Below, piece after piece: positions 30,100 to 39,521 of a stretch of 64,000 nt of DNA. The DNA is from an uncultured Nitrososphaerota archaeon (GTDB lineage: Archaea > Thermoproteota > Nitrososphaeria > Nitrososphaerales > Gagatemarchaeaceae): NCBI GenBank assembly GCA_963838925.1, contig CAWISW010000003.1, positions 608,001-672,000 on the forward strand, written 5' to 3'. Both the position numbers and the translations under genes were made by a program. Under the pieces are notes generated by a model that saw only the letters and a program-made list of their open reading frames with translations, ran no database searches and was not told where the DNA came from. The number at the start of each line of letters is the position of its first letter. Positions within the stretch are counted from its first letter, which is position 1.

Positions 30100-31293
30100 A
30101 TGGCGTCAACGGACGACTCCGGAGAAAGGAAGCTCTCCAGGCGTCGCTTCATCAAGTGGGCCGGAGGCTCGGTGGTCGCGGGGACTGCCGCGGTGGCACT
30201 CGGGGGTGCCGTGGGCGGTCTTCTGAAGGAGAAGGCTCCCTCGTCCTCGCCTGCGCATCAAGCCTTGTCAGGCCTGGCTCCGAGACCGCCTGCCGGGTCC
30301 GGTCTGCTCCCCGACAACACGTTCTCGATATTCTGGATCACGGACACCCAGTTCCTGTCAGAGTCGAACCCGGCCCTGTACAAGATGTTGTGCAACTGGA
30401 TCGTCAGCAACTGGGCCGCGTTCAACGGGAAGATGGTGATCCATACCGGAGACATCGTCCAGACCGGGGCAGTCCAACAAGAGTGGGTGAACGCCAACGA
30501 CGCGATGTCCATACTGATGGCGAATGCCATACCTTACTCCTGGTGTGCGGGGAACCACGATGACCTGGTCCAGGACGACGCGACCTCGGGCTGGATGGGG
30601 AACCAGTGGGCCTCAGCCCTCAACCCCTCGGTCGTCAGCAGCCTTGTGAACGGGCTGCCATACACCCACTGGGTCGGAGACTACCACGATGGGATGAACA
30701 CGGCGGTCAGGTTCTCGGCAAACGGGTTGGACTTCCTCGTCGTGAACGTAGAGTGGAACGCGCAGCCTGACGTGCTGAAGTGGGTCGGCGGGATCTTGGA
30801 CGATCCCGCATACGCAAGCCACCGCGTCATAATCGCGCCGCATGCCTACATAGACGCGTACGGGAGCACCGAAGACCCGAGGTGGGGGCCCACCTTGAAC
30901 GACTTTGTGAGCGGGCTGGGCCCGCTGATGGACAAGCACTCCTCCAACGTGTTCCTGACCCTAAACGGTCACTTTGCCACGGACTGCGGCTACAACACGC
31001 CCGCCCCCGTCAACAACCGAAACCAACTGATGTTCGACAGGCAGGATTGCACGGACAACCCTGGCGACCCCACGGGACGGGGCGTCGACGCATCGACTGC
31101 AACGACGAGCGACACGGACAAGGTAGGGGGCGCGACGGTCACGGTCCTCACCTTCGACACAGACAACAACCGGATCAGGGCAAGCACGTACGACATCTAC
31201 CCGGGCAAGTGGAGGGCAGGTCCCAGTGAGGAGTACTCCGTCGTCATGTTCCCGAACGACACTGCAGTGAAGAGACCGGTCATAGCCGTGTGA
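30100..31293 (+). CDS. Tat-exported metallophosphoesterase (calcineurin-like)
   Basis: SRRRFIK; DTQ, HTGDIV, AGNHD, PHAY, NGHF. Confidence 0.88.
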   Translation: MASTDDSGERKLSRRRFIKWAGGSVVAGTAAVALGGAVGGLLKEKAPSSSPAHQALSGLAPRPPAGSGLLPDNTFSIFWITDTQFLSESNPALYKMLCNWIVSNWAAFNGKMVIHTGDIVQTGAVQQEWVNANDAMSILMANAIPYSWCAGNHDDLVQDDATSGWMGNQWASALNPSVVSSLVNGLPYTHWVGDYHDGMNTAVRFSANGLDFLVVNVEWNAQPDVLKWVGGILDDPAYASHRVIIAPHAYIDAYGSTEDPRWGPTLNDFVSGLGPLMDKHSSNVFLTLNGHFATDCGYNTPAPVNNRNQLMFDRQDCTDNPGDPTGRGVDASTATTSDTDKVGGATVTVLTFDTDNNRIRASTYDIYPGKWRAGPSEEYSVVMFPNDTAVKRPVIAV

Positions 31294-31404
31294 CGGCCAG
31301 TCGTCCGTCAGATGACAACGAACGCAAGCGCTCGCCTCTGAGCACAGCCGCTGCGGACCTCGTCGCCGACCTCGTGGAAGAATTCTAGAGTCCGGGTCGC
31401 CGTC

Positions 31405-32331
31405 TCAAGAGGTCGTCAGCGTCAGGTCGAGGGAGCCGACGGTGAGGCTGAGGTTGGGAAGCGTCACGTAGAGCATGAAGTCCACTTCGTTCCCGTTGTT
31501 CGCGACGGTCACCGGGAAGGGCGGGCTGACGCTCGAGATCGAGAAGCCGATCGTCGAGACGAACGCGGAGGTCACGGTCAGGTCTGGGACCACCTCCAGG
31601 ACGATGTCGTCCGTGTTGTAGGGGGTTATCTCCACCTTCACGGGTATGATGTCGGTCGAGTAGTACAGCTCAGAGCTGTTGTTCTGGATGACGGCGGCGA
31701 CGAAATAGTTGCTGTTCGTCGAGTCGGCCTTCCACGTCGCCTTCACCGCGGCTATGCTCGAGACCCAGCGCGAGGGAGAGGGCAGGTCGGTCACGACCAC
31801 GTCGACCCCCTGGCCTGGTATCTTGTACTCGAGCTTGGCGGGATTGTCGCTGTTGGGGACTTGGAACGCGACCTGACCCGCCGCCTGCGTGCCCGTCGCC
31901 AGCGTGGCGTTGGGCAGCGGCGTCCTCACCGCCTTGTCAGGCGTCGCTTGGTAGGAGGCGCCGCCGCTCCCGACCAACGTGAAGTATGATCCTGCAACGG
32001 GGTGGCTCGCGCTGTCGCTCCCCGTCAAGGCCACGTCGTAGATGTAGACGGTCGAGCCGGTCTGCGCATCCACGGTCGTGTTGTCGACCGTCGTCCTGGT
32101 GACCGAGACGCTCACAGGTCCGCTCGCGGACGCAGTGAGGAGCCGAGTGCTCACGGCCTGCGTCGAGGTCCCCAGTGTCTGCACCTGGGACGTGGCTCCG
32201 GACGAGGTGGTCGCGTTGGGGCTACCCTTCAGGACGTAAGCCCCGATGAGGCTGGCCCCTATGACGACTACGATGATTATGACCGCCGACATCAGGCCGT
32301 GGCTCTTGGGCTTCTGACTCTCGCTACCCAT
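31405..32331 (-). CDS. membrane-anchored DUF4352-like Ig-fold protein
   Basis: TM; FTLVGSGGASY; LATGTQAAGQVAFQVP. Confidence 0.7.
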   Translation of the reverse strand: MGSESQKPKSHGLMSAVIIIVVVIGASLIGAYVLKGSPNATTSSGATSQVQTLGTSTQAVSTRLLTASASGPVSVSVTRTTVDNTTVDAQTGSTVYIYDVALTGSDSASHPVAGSYFTLVGSGGASYQATPDKAVRTPLPNATLATGTQAAGQVAFQVPNSDNPAKLEYKIPGQGVDVVVTDLPSPSRWVSSIAAVKATWKADSTNSNYFVAAVIQNNSSELYYSTDIIPVKVEITPYNTDDIVLEVVPDLTVTSAFVSTIGFSISSVSPPFPVTVANNGNEVDFMLYVTLPNLSLTVGSLDLTLTTS

Positions 32332-32497
32332 TACGGACGAACCCTCTCCTTCTCTCCTGACCAGCCGGTTGGCGAACTGCCTAGAAGGGGGGCTTCTTCT
32401 TCTTTGGTACCAGCGCAAGTGGCGACGGCGGCATGCTATCTCGGTTAGCCGCAGTAACGTCTGGAGTCTAGATAAACGTTAGATTGGAGGACGGGAC

Positions 32498-32608
32498 CTA
32501 GTCGCAGTTCTTGCACCTTATCGGAGGGTAGAAAGGCATCACTCCCATGGGGATGCTGTAGACCTCATAGAGCTCTGGCGGTATTTCTTTCGGGATCTCT
32601 TTCGGCAT
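32498..32608 (-). CDS. 36-aa small peptide with C-terminal CxxC
   Basis: TTTATC 20 nt upstream of ATG; MPKEIPKEIPPELYEVYSIPMGVMPFYPPIRCKNCD. Confidence 0.4.
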   Translation of the reverse strand: MPKEIPKEIPPELYEVYSIPMGVMPFYPPIRCKNCD

Positions 32609-32642
32609 GACTCTAGATGCGTAGATTGGATAAAGGCGCCAC

Positions 32643-33080
32643 TCAAAGCGGAGAGGTCTGGGGACGCCGGCGGCGGTAGACCTGCAAGCACAGCACCAAA
32701 GCTCCGATTACCACGAACGGCGAGAAGATCAGCGGATTGGTGGTGACCCCGCCCCGGGTATTCAAGGACGCGGAGGTCATTGTGGCCAACCCCCACTCGA
32801 GCGCCACGAAACCGACGACTGAGACGGGGCTCACGACGAAGCCCTTGCCAAACAGCCCGAAGAGGAGCAAGACCGCCCCTGCGATCGACAGGACGAAGAC
32901 GACCGGATAGGCGAAGTTCAGGCTGGTAAAGCACGGCGTTCCTCCAGATTGCAGCGAAGGGTTGGGAGGGCAGTTGAGGAGCTGGAAAGGCGTGAACCGC
33001 GGCATGGCCGCAAAGAGGGCGAAGTAGCTCGCGCAGATCACAGCCGCCCCGGCCATCGTGAGATTGAGAGACCGGACCAA
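32643..33080 (-). CDS. four-TM membrane protein
   Basis: hydrophobic helices; starts immediately after the CAP gene stop. Confidence 0.6.
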   Translation of the reverse strand: MVRSLNLTMAGAAVICASYFALFAAMPRFTPFQLLNCPPNPSLQSGGTPCFTSLNFAYPVVFVLSIAGAVLLLFGLFGKGFVVSPVSVVGFVALEWGLATMTSASLNTRGGVTTNPLIFSPFVVIGALVLCLQVYRRRRPQTSPL

Positions 33081-33082
33081 TG

Positions 33083-34273
33083 CTATGATCCCGTGACGAA
33101 GACGCTCAGGCTCGTGATTGGGGCGGTGTCGTCCCCGTTGGGCCATAGGTAGAAGGTGTAGACCCCGCTCCCGTTCGCGGCCTCGAGCTGGGCAATCGAG
33201 AAGACGATCTCAAAGTTCCCCGAGCTCTGCTGCCACGTCTGCGCGTACGTGAAGTTGCCCACCTCGCAGATGAACCCGGTGGGGCATGGGGCGAGCACGG
33301 CGGCGACCATCGTCCCCTCGTCGTAGGCCCCCTGGTACTGGCACGACGCCGGCTCGTTGACCTCGTTGTACTGGAGGCACGAGGCCTTGGGGACGAGTTC
33401 GCCCACCGGGATGCTGGCGGGCGTGGCGTCGTAGTAGACCGTCATCTCGGCCCCCGACCCGCCTCCCGTCCATCCGGTCAGGTCCTGCTGCGTCGTTCCC
33501 TGGAACGTCACCGTGCTCCCCGAGAGCTGGAGCGAGGACGACGTGAGGTAGTTGTCCTCGAAGTCCTCCACGAGGTACGCGACCTGAGACGTGGAGTTGA
33601 CGGCCACGCCGATCGAGACCATGTTGTGCAGGGGGTCGAGGATGTTCTCCCGGTGGCCGTTGCTGCAGCATATCGAGTCGTTGTTCATCATCTGCCACTC
33701 AGAGTCGTTGATGGAGTTCTCGATGGTCTGGAGGGTGCAGGGGAGGGTCCTCTGCCACGAGGAGTTGCTGCACGACGCGTACGCTATGTTCTCCGCGACG
33801 CCCCCGGTCCCCCCGAGCAGGGTGTAGCGCATGTAGGGCTTGTATCCCTGAGGGTCCCAGTGGCTGAAGTACCCGTAGTAGTCCATCGAGTCGGCGTGCT
33901 GCTGCCCCGAAGGGACTGCGCTCAGGTCCACGGGACCAAGCCCGTTCGAAGCCCTGTCGTCGTTGATCAGCCCCAGCGTGAAGTTCGCGAGGACGCCGTA
34001 GTTTGACGGGTACCCGATGGTAGAGGAGTTCCCCACCAGGAGGGGGCTGGCCGGTGGCGAGCCTCCAGAGAGGGAGGTCTGCGAGCTCCCCTGGCTCGTC
34101 GAGCTCGCGCCTTCTGAGGAGAGGCTGGAGGATGGGGAGGCCGCGACAGACGACGTCGTCGACGTGCCGCCAAGGTTCACGGTAAAGTCGTTCTGATAGT
34201 ACAAGGTGGCTGCCAATCCCACGACGATGACGAGCATTATCGCCACGATCGCGCCGGTCGTGACTTTGCTCAT
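33083..34273 (-). CDS. CAP (SCP/PR-1) domain surface protein
   Basis: LINDDRASNGL, QQHADSM, GVAENIA, GHRENIL, VSIGV. Confidence 0.88.
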   Translation of the reverse strand: MSKVTTGAIVAIMLVIVVGLAATLYYQNDFTVNLGGTSTTSSVAASPSSSLSSEGASSTSQGSSQTSLSGGSPPASPLLVGNSSTIGYPSNYGVLANFTLGLINDDRASNGLGPVDLSAVPSGQQHADSMDYYGYFSHWDPQGYKPYMRYTLLGGTGGVAENIAYASCSNSSWQRTLPCTLQTIENSINDSEWQMMNNDSICCSNGHRENILDPLHNMVSIGVAVNSTSQVAYLVEDFEDNYLTSSSLQLSGSTVTFQGTTQQDLTGWTGGGSGAEMTVYYDATPASIPVGELVPKASCLQYNEVNEPASCQYQGAYDEGTMVAAVLAPCPTGFICEVGNFTYAQTWQQSSGNFEIVFSIAQLEAANGSGVYTFYLWPNGDDTAPITSLSVFVTGS

Positions 34274-34572
34274 GGGCGGCCACCCTTGCCCGCAGACCCG
34301 CGAGCCAGCAGGACGGTCACGCAGAGAGACACCACCAGCGGGATCAACGACCAGAACACGACGTCGAGGATCAACTTCAGCCAGTCCACGCTCCACGGGT
34401 TGTATTGCGGCCCCACGATGAGCCTGTAGAGCCACGGGAGCGGGAACCCGTACCATACGGCGCCGACAAGCCCCGCCGGCGTGACCTCAACGAGCCCTGT
34501 CAGCAGCGCGACGACGACCCCCACGGCAATCGAGACGACGATCATCAGGGCACTAGACCGCATCTTGGGCAA
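34270..34572 (-). CDS. small membrane protein
   Basis: TM-WYGFPLPWL-TM; ATGA overlap with the CAP gene. Confidence 0.7.
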   Translation of the reverse strand: MPKMRSSALMIVVSIAVGVVVALLTGLVEVTPAGLVGAVWYGFPLPWLYRLIVGPQYNPWSVDWLKLILDVVFWSLIPLVVSLCVTVLLARGSAGKGGRP

Positions 34573-34614
34573 CGCCTCGGCGGCCGTGCCGATTCTGGCT
34601 GTTAAACTTGCGCG

Positions 34615-35346
34615 TCAGCTCGCCCGGTTTGACCCCGAGACCGCGTAGGCCACCGCGTTGTACATCATGCTCGCGAACCCGCCGACCGCCCCGAGGACCA
34701 GGAACAGCTTCCCGACGGGGTCGGTGACCCAGAGAACGGCTGGCCTGACGAACGCGGGCAGGAGGTCGGGGAAGTGGGCGAAGTCGAGCGGGAAGACCTT
34801 CAGGAACCAGAGGGAGGTCACGAGTATCAGCGCCCCCTGGACCGCGTCGAGCGGCCTCACCGGGTTCCTCCTACCCACCGCCGCCCTGGACAGCGAGACC
34901 AGCGCGCCCACGACCCACGTCCCGTAGAAGAGGGTCTGCTCCAGGGTGCCGAAGCCCGACGTGAAGAACCCCGTGCCCTTCACCTGGTTCTCGATGAAGA
35001 AGAGCAGGACCAGGAAGGAGATGAGCACCGAGACAAGCTCGCCGAACCTCTGCCCGGGGTTCAGCCTGTCCCTGTCCGCGACCGACCCGTACCTGCCCCA
35101 CCTGATGTTCGACTGGTGCCACCAGCCCGAGACTCCCGCGAGCATTATCAGGGCCCCGAGCCCCATCAGGACGAGCGAGGCGAGCAGGAGGTCGAGCGCG
35201 ACGTAGAAGATCCCGCCGAGCCCCGGGATGAAGAACGCGAAGAACGAGACGAACACGAGCAGAAGCCAGAGGACGAAGCACGCTACGCCGATGAGCAGGA
35301 TGACCAGGCCGGGAAAGATTCGGCCAAAGTCGATCCTGATGGTCAT
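34615..35346 (-). CDS. integral membrane protein
   Basis: about six TM; VFPLDFAHFPDLLP. Confidence 0.75.
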   Translation of the reverse strand: MTIRIDFGRIFPGLVILLIGVACFVLWLLLVFVSFFAFFIPGLGGIFYVALDLLLASLVLMGLGALIMLAGVSGWWHQSNIRWGRYGSVADRDRLNPGQRFGELVSVLISFLVLLFFIENQVKGTGFFTSGFGTLEQTLFYGTWVVGALVSLSRAAVGRRNPVRPLDAVQGALILVTSLWFLKVFPLDFAHFPDLLPAFVRPAVLWVTDPVGKLFLVLGAVGGFASMMYNAVAYAVSGSNRAS

Positions 35347-35352
35347 GGCCGG

Positions 35353-35634
35353 CTACCTTTCGAGCAAGACCTTTACTCTCGAGTCCTTCATCTTGACGTC
35401 CATCAGCTCGGTGACGCCCGATGCGGGCATCTCGTTGAGCATCTTCTCGAGGTCGGCGAACATGGAGAAGTCTACGTCCGCGCCCCACGTCTCCTCCCTG
35501 TTCTTCTTCGGGATGAGGGTCATCATCCTGGGGACCCACTTCGCCAAGGCCGCGGGTATCTTCACCTCGGCGTCGGGGACCGCCCCCTCGGCGGGCTCTC
35601 GCGCCTTCCAGACTAGAATCTTGATGTCGGCCAT
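35353..35634 (-). CDS. small hypothetical protein
   Basis: 93 aa; EVKIPAALAKW; co-oriented with the membrane gene. Confidence 0.65.
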   Translation of the reverse strand: MADIKILVWKAREPAEGAVPDAEVKIPAALAKWVPRMMTLIPKKNREETWGADVDFSMFADLEKMLNEMPASGVTELMDVKMKDSRVKVLLER

Positions 35635-35730
35635 TGCTATCGAGATATTGGGCGCCCGAGGATACTTAAGGACGGGCTACGATTATCAGGCGAGAGAATG
35701 GCAACGTGACCTGAGCGTGCTAGCGTGGGC

Positions 35731-36558
35731 CTAGGCAGGGCTCAGGACCGACCTGACGAATTCGTCGTACTCGCGGTCCCGCTCCCTGACCCAAGCTCTG
35801 AGGAGGCCGCCTGTGCCCGAAACGCCAGCCTCCTTGAGGAAGGCCGTCGCGACGTCCCAGTCGTGGATTGCGCCCAGGGCGTCCTGCCACTCCTGGAGCC
35901 TTGCGACCTCCGGCGAGCCCGCCTCTGCCGTAAGCTCGAGGGTGTAGCGCAGCTTCTTGGAGTCTATCCTCATCTTGTGCAGCTCCTTTAGCCTGGCCGG
36001 GTCCATTATCACCAAGGGCAGCAGCGCGTCGATGTCGCTCGAGAGCCTGCCCGTCACCCTCCCGTGCCTCTTCTGGAGCCACTTCTGCGTCACGCCCTTC
36101 GACCTCACCGCAGGCAGGGGCAGCCTGCGCGCCGAGGCGACCGCCTCCAGCATGTCCTCCGCGAGCTTGGGCCGCTTCCTGTCGATCTTCGCCAGGAGCT
36201 GGGCGCCCCCGGGGCCCTTGTGGCGCGACACCTTGCCTCTCGTCACGTCGAGGTCGCGGACCTTCGCGCTGCGCTTCATCAACTTCCTGTGGCTCTTGAG
36301 CAGCTCCCTCATCTCGGGGCTCTTGCGGATGCTCTTCGGCAGGACGTCCACCCAGGCTTCGTATCTCCTCATCGCCGTGCGCGCGTCATGGACGGCCTCC
36401 TCGTCGGGGTCCTTGGCGAGCAGATCCAGCTTTTGCGAGAGGGACTCGCCGGCCTTCTCGTACCCCTTCAGGAACGCGCCCTTCTCCATCACGGTCCCCT
36501 TGATGCGGGGCGCGAGCCTGGCCCTGGCGTGCGAGAGAACCGCCGACCTGCCGCTCAA
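35731..36558 (-). CDS. CHAD domain protein (polyphosphate-binding)
   Basis: VHDARTAMRR, VRDLDV, LHKMRIDSKKLRY, QDALGAIHD. Confidence 0.9.
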   Translation of the reverse strand: MSGRSAVLSHARARLAPRIKGTVMEKGAFLKGYEKAGESLSQKLDLLAKDPDEEAVHDARTAMRRYEAWVDVLPKSIRKSPEMRELLKSHRKLMKRSAKVRDLDVTRGKVSRHKGPGGAQLLAKIDRKRPKLAEDMLEAVASARRLPLPAVRSKGVTQKWLQKRHGRVTGRLSSDIDALLPLVIMDPARLKELHKMRIDSKKLRYTLELTAEAGSPEVARLQEWQDALGAIHDWDVATAFLKEAGVSGTGGLLRAWVRERDREYDEFVRSVLSPA

Positions 36559-36639
36559 CGTCCGCAAAGGCGACGGCGGTGGTATAAGAAAGGGACAGCG
36601 GCTCACGTTTATCTTGCCCGGCGACGCCTCGGGGCCGCC

Positions 36640-37287
36640 TTGTCGGACGACGAGCTCGTGGATGTCTACGGCGACGACCTGAAGAAGGTCGGGGTCGCGA
36701 CGCGCTACGAGGCACACAGGAAGGGCCTCTGGCACTTCAACTTCCACTGCTGGGTGGTGACCCGCAGGCAGAGGGGTGCGCTGCTCTTCCAGGTGCGGAG
36801 CGAGTCGAAGCCCTCCTTCCCCGGCCTCCTCGACAGCACCGTGGGCGGGCACTACAGGGCGGGCGAGCGGTCGGCTGACGTCGTCCGCGAGATCGAGGAG
36901 GAGCTGGGGGTTAGGGCGGAGCTGAAGGAGCTCGTCCCCATCGGAAGGAGGGTCGACGTCGCCTCCTATGGCGGGGTCCCGAAGAGAGAAGTCGCGGAGG
37001 TCTTCCTCCTCGATAGCGAACGGCCGCTTGGGGAGTACAGCATCGACCCCGCAGAGGTCGCGGGGCTCGTGGAGGTCCCGATAGACGCCGGCCTGAGGCT
37101 CTTCTCGGGCCGCGTGAGGAGGATCTCGGCCAAAGGCATGATGACGGACCCGACTTCAGGGCGGTTGAAGGACGTCAGGCTCAACCTCGAGCTGAGGAGC
37201 TTCGTCCCCAAGATGGACTCTTACTACATGAGCTTGTTCATCGCGGCGAAGAGGCACTTGTCAGGCGAGAAGTACCTCTCGATATGA
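36640..37287 (+). CDS. NUDIX hydrolase (IDI type 1-like)
   Basis: AHRKGLWHFNFHCW, FPGLLDSTVGGHYRAGE...REIEEELG; TTG start after TTTATC. Confidence 0.85.
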   Translation: MSDDELVDVYGDDLKKVGVATRYEAHRKGLWHFNFHCWVVTRRQRGALLFQVRSESKPSFPGLLDSTVGGHYRAGERSADVVREIEEELGVRAELKELVPIGRRVDVASYGGVPKREVAEVFLLDSERPLGEYSIDPAEVAGLVEVPIDAGLRLFSGRVRRISAKGMMTDPTSGRLKDVRLNLELRSFVPKMDSYYMSLFIAAKRHLSGEKYLSI

Positions 37288-37395
37288 CTCTCGACCCCGG
37301 CGGAAGCCGATACCGGCCGCCTCCCGGGGGACTTCAATATTGGACGCCCGATGTGCTTTTAACCACTGAAAAAATGCCGGGAGACTAGGCAGCCT

Positions 37396-39066
37396 TTGAC
37401 AAGCCCCGCGGAATCTGCTGAAGTTCAGTCGGACGTCGACGGCGTCATCGGGCCTGCGGTCGCTCCGAAGCTCGAGTACGAGCTTCTGATAATCATCGGC
37501 ATACTTCTCGCCCTCCTCATGGGCGCGCTCGACAACTTCGTCGCCCTCACGGCGCTGCCCACGATCCTCCTCCAGTTCGGCACCCCGAACAGCGGGACGT
37601 TCGTCATCAGCGCGTACGTCATCACCTCGACGGCGGGCATCCCGATATTCGCCAAGCTCTCGGACATCACGAGCAGGCGGAACGTCTTCCTGGGGGCGCT
37701 CATCATCTTCATGGTCGGCTCGGCCCTCTCGGGGCTCAGCCAGAACCTCAGCGAGCTCATCGTCTTCCGCGCCGTCCAGGGGCTCGGGAGCGGCGGCTTC
37801 TTCCCCGTCGGCATCGCCATCGCGGCCGTCGTCTTCCCCCCGAAGACGCGCGCCAGGGTCATCGGGGCCCTCTCAGGTGTCTTCGGCATCGCGGTGGTCG
37901 CAGGCCCGCTCATAGGCAGCGCCATCGTCCAGTACACCTCCTGGCGCTGGGTCTTCTACGTGAACATCCCCGTCGGCATCGCGGGCTTCGCCCTGGTCCT
38001 CGCGACGCTCGACCCCCTCCGCCCAGAGATCGTCCGGAAGTTCGACGTCGTCGGGGCCGGGCTCCTCGTCGGATGGGTGGCCGCGGTGATGTTCCCGCTC
38101 TACCAGATAGTCGACAGCGGGTGGGCGTGGACCGACGTCAGGACGGTCGGCCTGCTCGGGCTCGGGGCGGCGCTCGTCATCGCCTTTTCGCTCTGGGAGC
38201 TCCGCGCAGAGAACCCCCTCGTCCCCCTGAAGCTCTTCAGGCACCGCGTCATGTCGGCTGGAGGCGGGGGGACGTACTTCATCGGCACGGTCTTCTTCCC
38301 GGTCGCGACGTTCCTCTCGCTCGTGGTCGGCGTCGTCCTCGCGCCGGGCTCGGGCTCCTCGGAGACGGTCAGGGACATCCTCTACTTCCTGGTCCTGCCG
38401 CTCGTCGTGGGCGCCGCCCTCGGCGGGCAGCTCCTGACCCGCCTCTCCTACCGGACGGTCGCCGCGGTAGGCCTCGTCATCGGGATGGTGGGGATGGCGG
38501 GCCTGGCGGGGCTCTCGACCACCACGCCCCTGTGGAAGTTCGTGTTCGGCTTCATCCCAGTGGGCGGGATCATCCTGCCGCTTATCCCCATGGGCTTCGG
38601 TGTCGGCCTCACCTTCCCGGTCTTCCTCCTCGCAGCGCAGAACCAGGTGAAGATGGCCGACGTCGGAGAGGCAGGGGGACTGATACAGTTCCTCCAGTCC
38701 CTAGGGGGAGCCGTCGGCCTGTCGGTCTTGGCCTCCTTCCAGGCGACCCAGTTCGCCTCTCTCGACCCGTCGCCCAGCCCCGCCTGCCTCTCCACAAGCC
38801 CGCCGATGCCGACGTGCGCGAGCTACCTCGGCGCGCTTGAAACTTCGCTGATCAAGTCCTACGACCAGACCTTCCTCGTCATGCTGGGCCTGCTCGCTGT
38901 CGCGTTCGTCTTCGTGCTCTTCCTTAGGGGACGCCTGCCGAAGGGGCCTGCCAAGGACGCGGCCGCCGCGGCCGGCCCCACCGCAGAGCATGCGCCAAGA
39001 ACCCCGGCACCAGCTCCAATATCGCAGGCCGGAGTGACGGTCAAGGTCCTGCCCTCGGCAGGCTGA
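37396..39066 (+). CDS. MFS drug/H+ antiporter (DHA2)
   Basis: LMGALDNFV, AKLSDITSRR, RAVQGLG, SWRWVFYVNIPVG. Confidence 0.92.
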   Translation: MTSPAESAEVQSDVDGVIGPAVAPKLEYELLIIIGILLALLMGALDNFVALTALPTILLQFGTPNSGTFVISAYVITSTAGIPIFAKLSDITSRRNVFLGALIIFMVGSALSGLSQNLSELIVFRAVQGLGSGGFFPVGIAIAAVVFPPKTRARVIGALSGVFGIAVVAGPLIGSAIVQYTSWRWVFYVNIPVGIAGFALVLATLDPLRPEIVRKFDVVGAGLLVGWVAAVMFPLYQIVDSGWAWTDVRTVGLLGLGAALVIAFSLWELRAENPLVPLKLFRHRVMSAGGGGTYFIGTVFFPVATFLSLVVGVVLAPGSGSSETVRDILYFLVLPLVVGAALGGQLLTRLSYRTVAAVGLVIGMVGMAGLAGLSTTTPLWKFVFGFIPVGGIILPLIPMGFGVGLTFPVFLLAAQNQVKMADVGEAGGLIQFLQSLGGAVGLSVLASFQATQFASLDPSPSPACLSTSPPMPTCASYLGALETSLIKSYDQTFLVMLGLLAVAFVFVLFLRGRLPKGPAKDAAAAAGPTAEHAPRTPAPAPISQAGVTVKVLPSAG

Positions 39067-39103
39067 CCGGGCCAGGTCGGCCCGCGACCCGCGCGAAGAT
39101 GGG

Positions 39104-39385
39104 TCACAGAAGCGAAAGGCCGTAGAGGAGGAAGAAGACGACCAGGGTTCCGATCAGCAGGAATATGACGAAGCCTGCGACGGCCAGCTTCTTCCAGTCC
39201 GTCTTCCCATGATCCCTGCCCGGAGGACCGTAGGTGATCCCCCTCTCAGGGCTCTCGACCTGCGCGGTGGCCGAGGGGACGTAGAGGGACTGGGTCTCGT
39301 GCTTGTGGGTGGTGCCGCAGCGCCGGAGGTGCCTCTCGTAGTGGCTTTCGCTGATGAACTTCCCGCACTTTGGGCACGTCGGCAA
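39104..39385 (-). CDS. C2H2/C2HC zinc-finger protein with C-terminal TM
   Basis: CPKCGKFISESHYERHLRRC; hydrophobic C-terminus. Confidence 0.7.
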   Translation of the reverse strand: MPTCPKCGKFISESHYERHLRRCGTTHKHETQSLYVPSATAQVESPERGITYGPPGRDHGKTDWKKLAVAGFVIFLLIGTLVVFFLLYGLSLL

Positions 39386-39521
39386 GGCGAACTCACGAGC
39401 GGGCGGAGGCGTATACGTGTTTCCAAGGCGCCAGCCGAAGTCAGGAGCTCGCCGGACCCGATCCCCTGCAGAAAGCGGTCGCTTGGAAAGGCGTAAAATC
39501 CATGGAGACCACCCGAGGGAC

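Noticed and set aside
31350-31388. Possible orphan gene tail AADLVADLVEEF*
   Set aside because: No parent gene found in the window; too short to support.
36064-36639. Long N-terminal extensions of the NUDIX and CHAD ORFs in the track
   Set aside because: They overlap the opposite gene; TATA-spaced TTG starts at 36640 and 36558 fit better.
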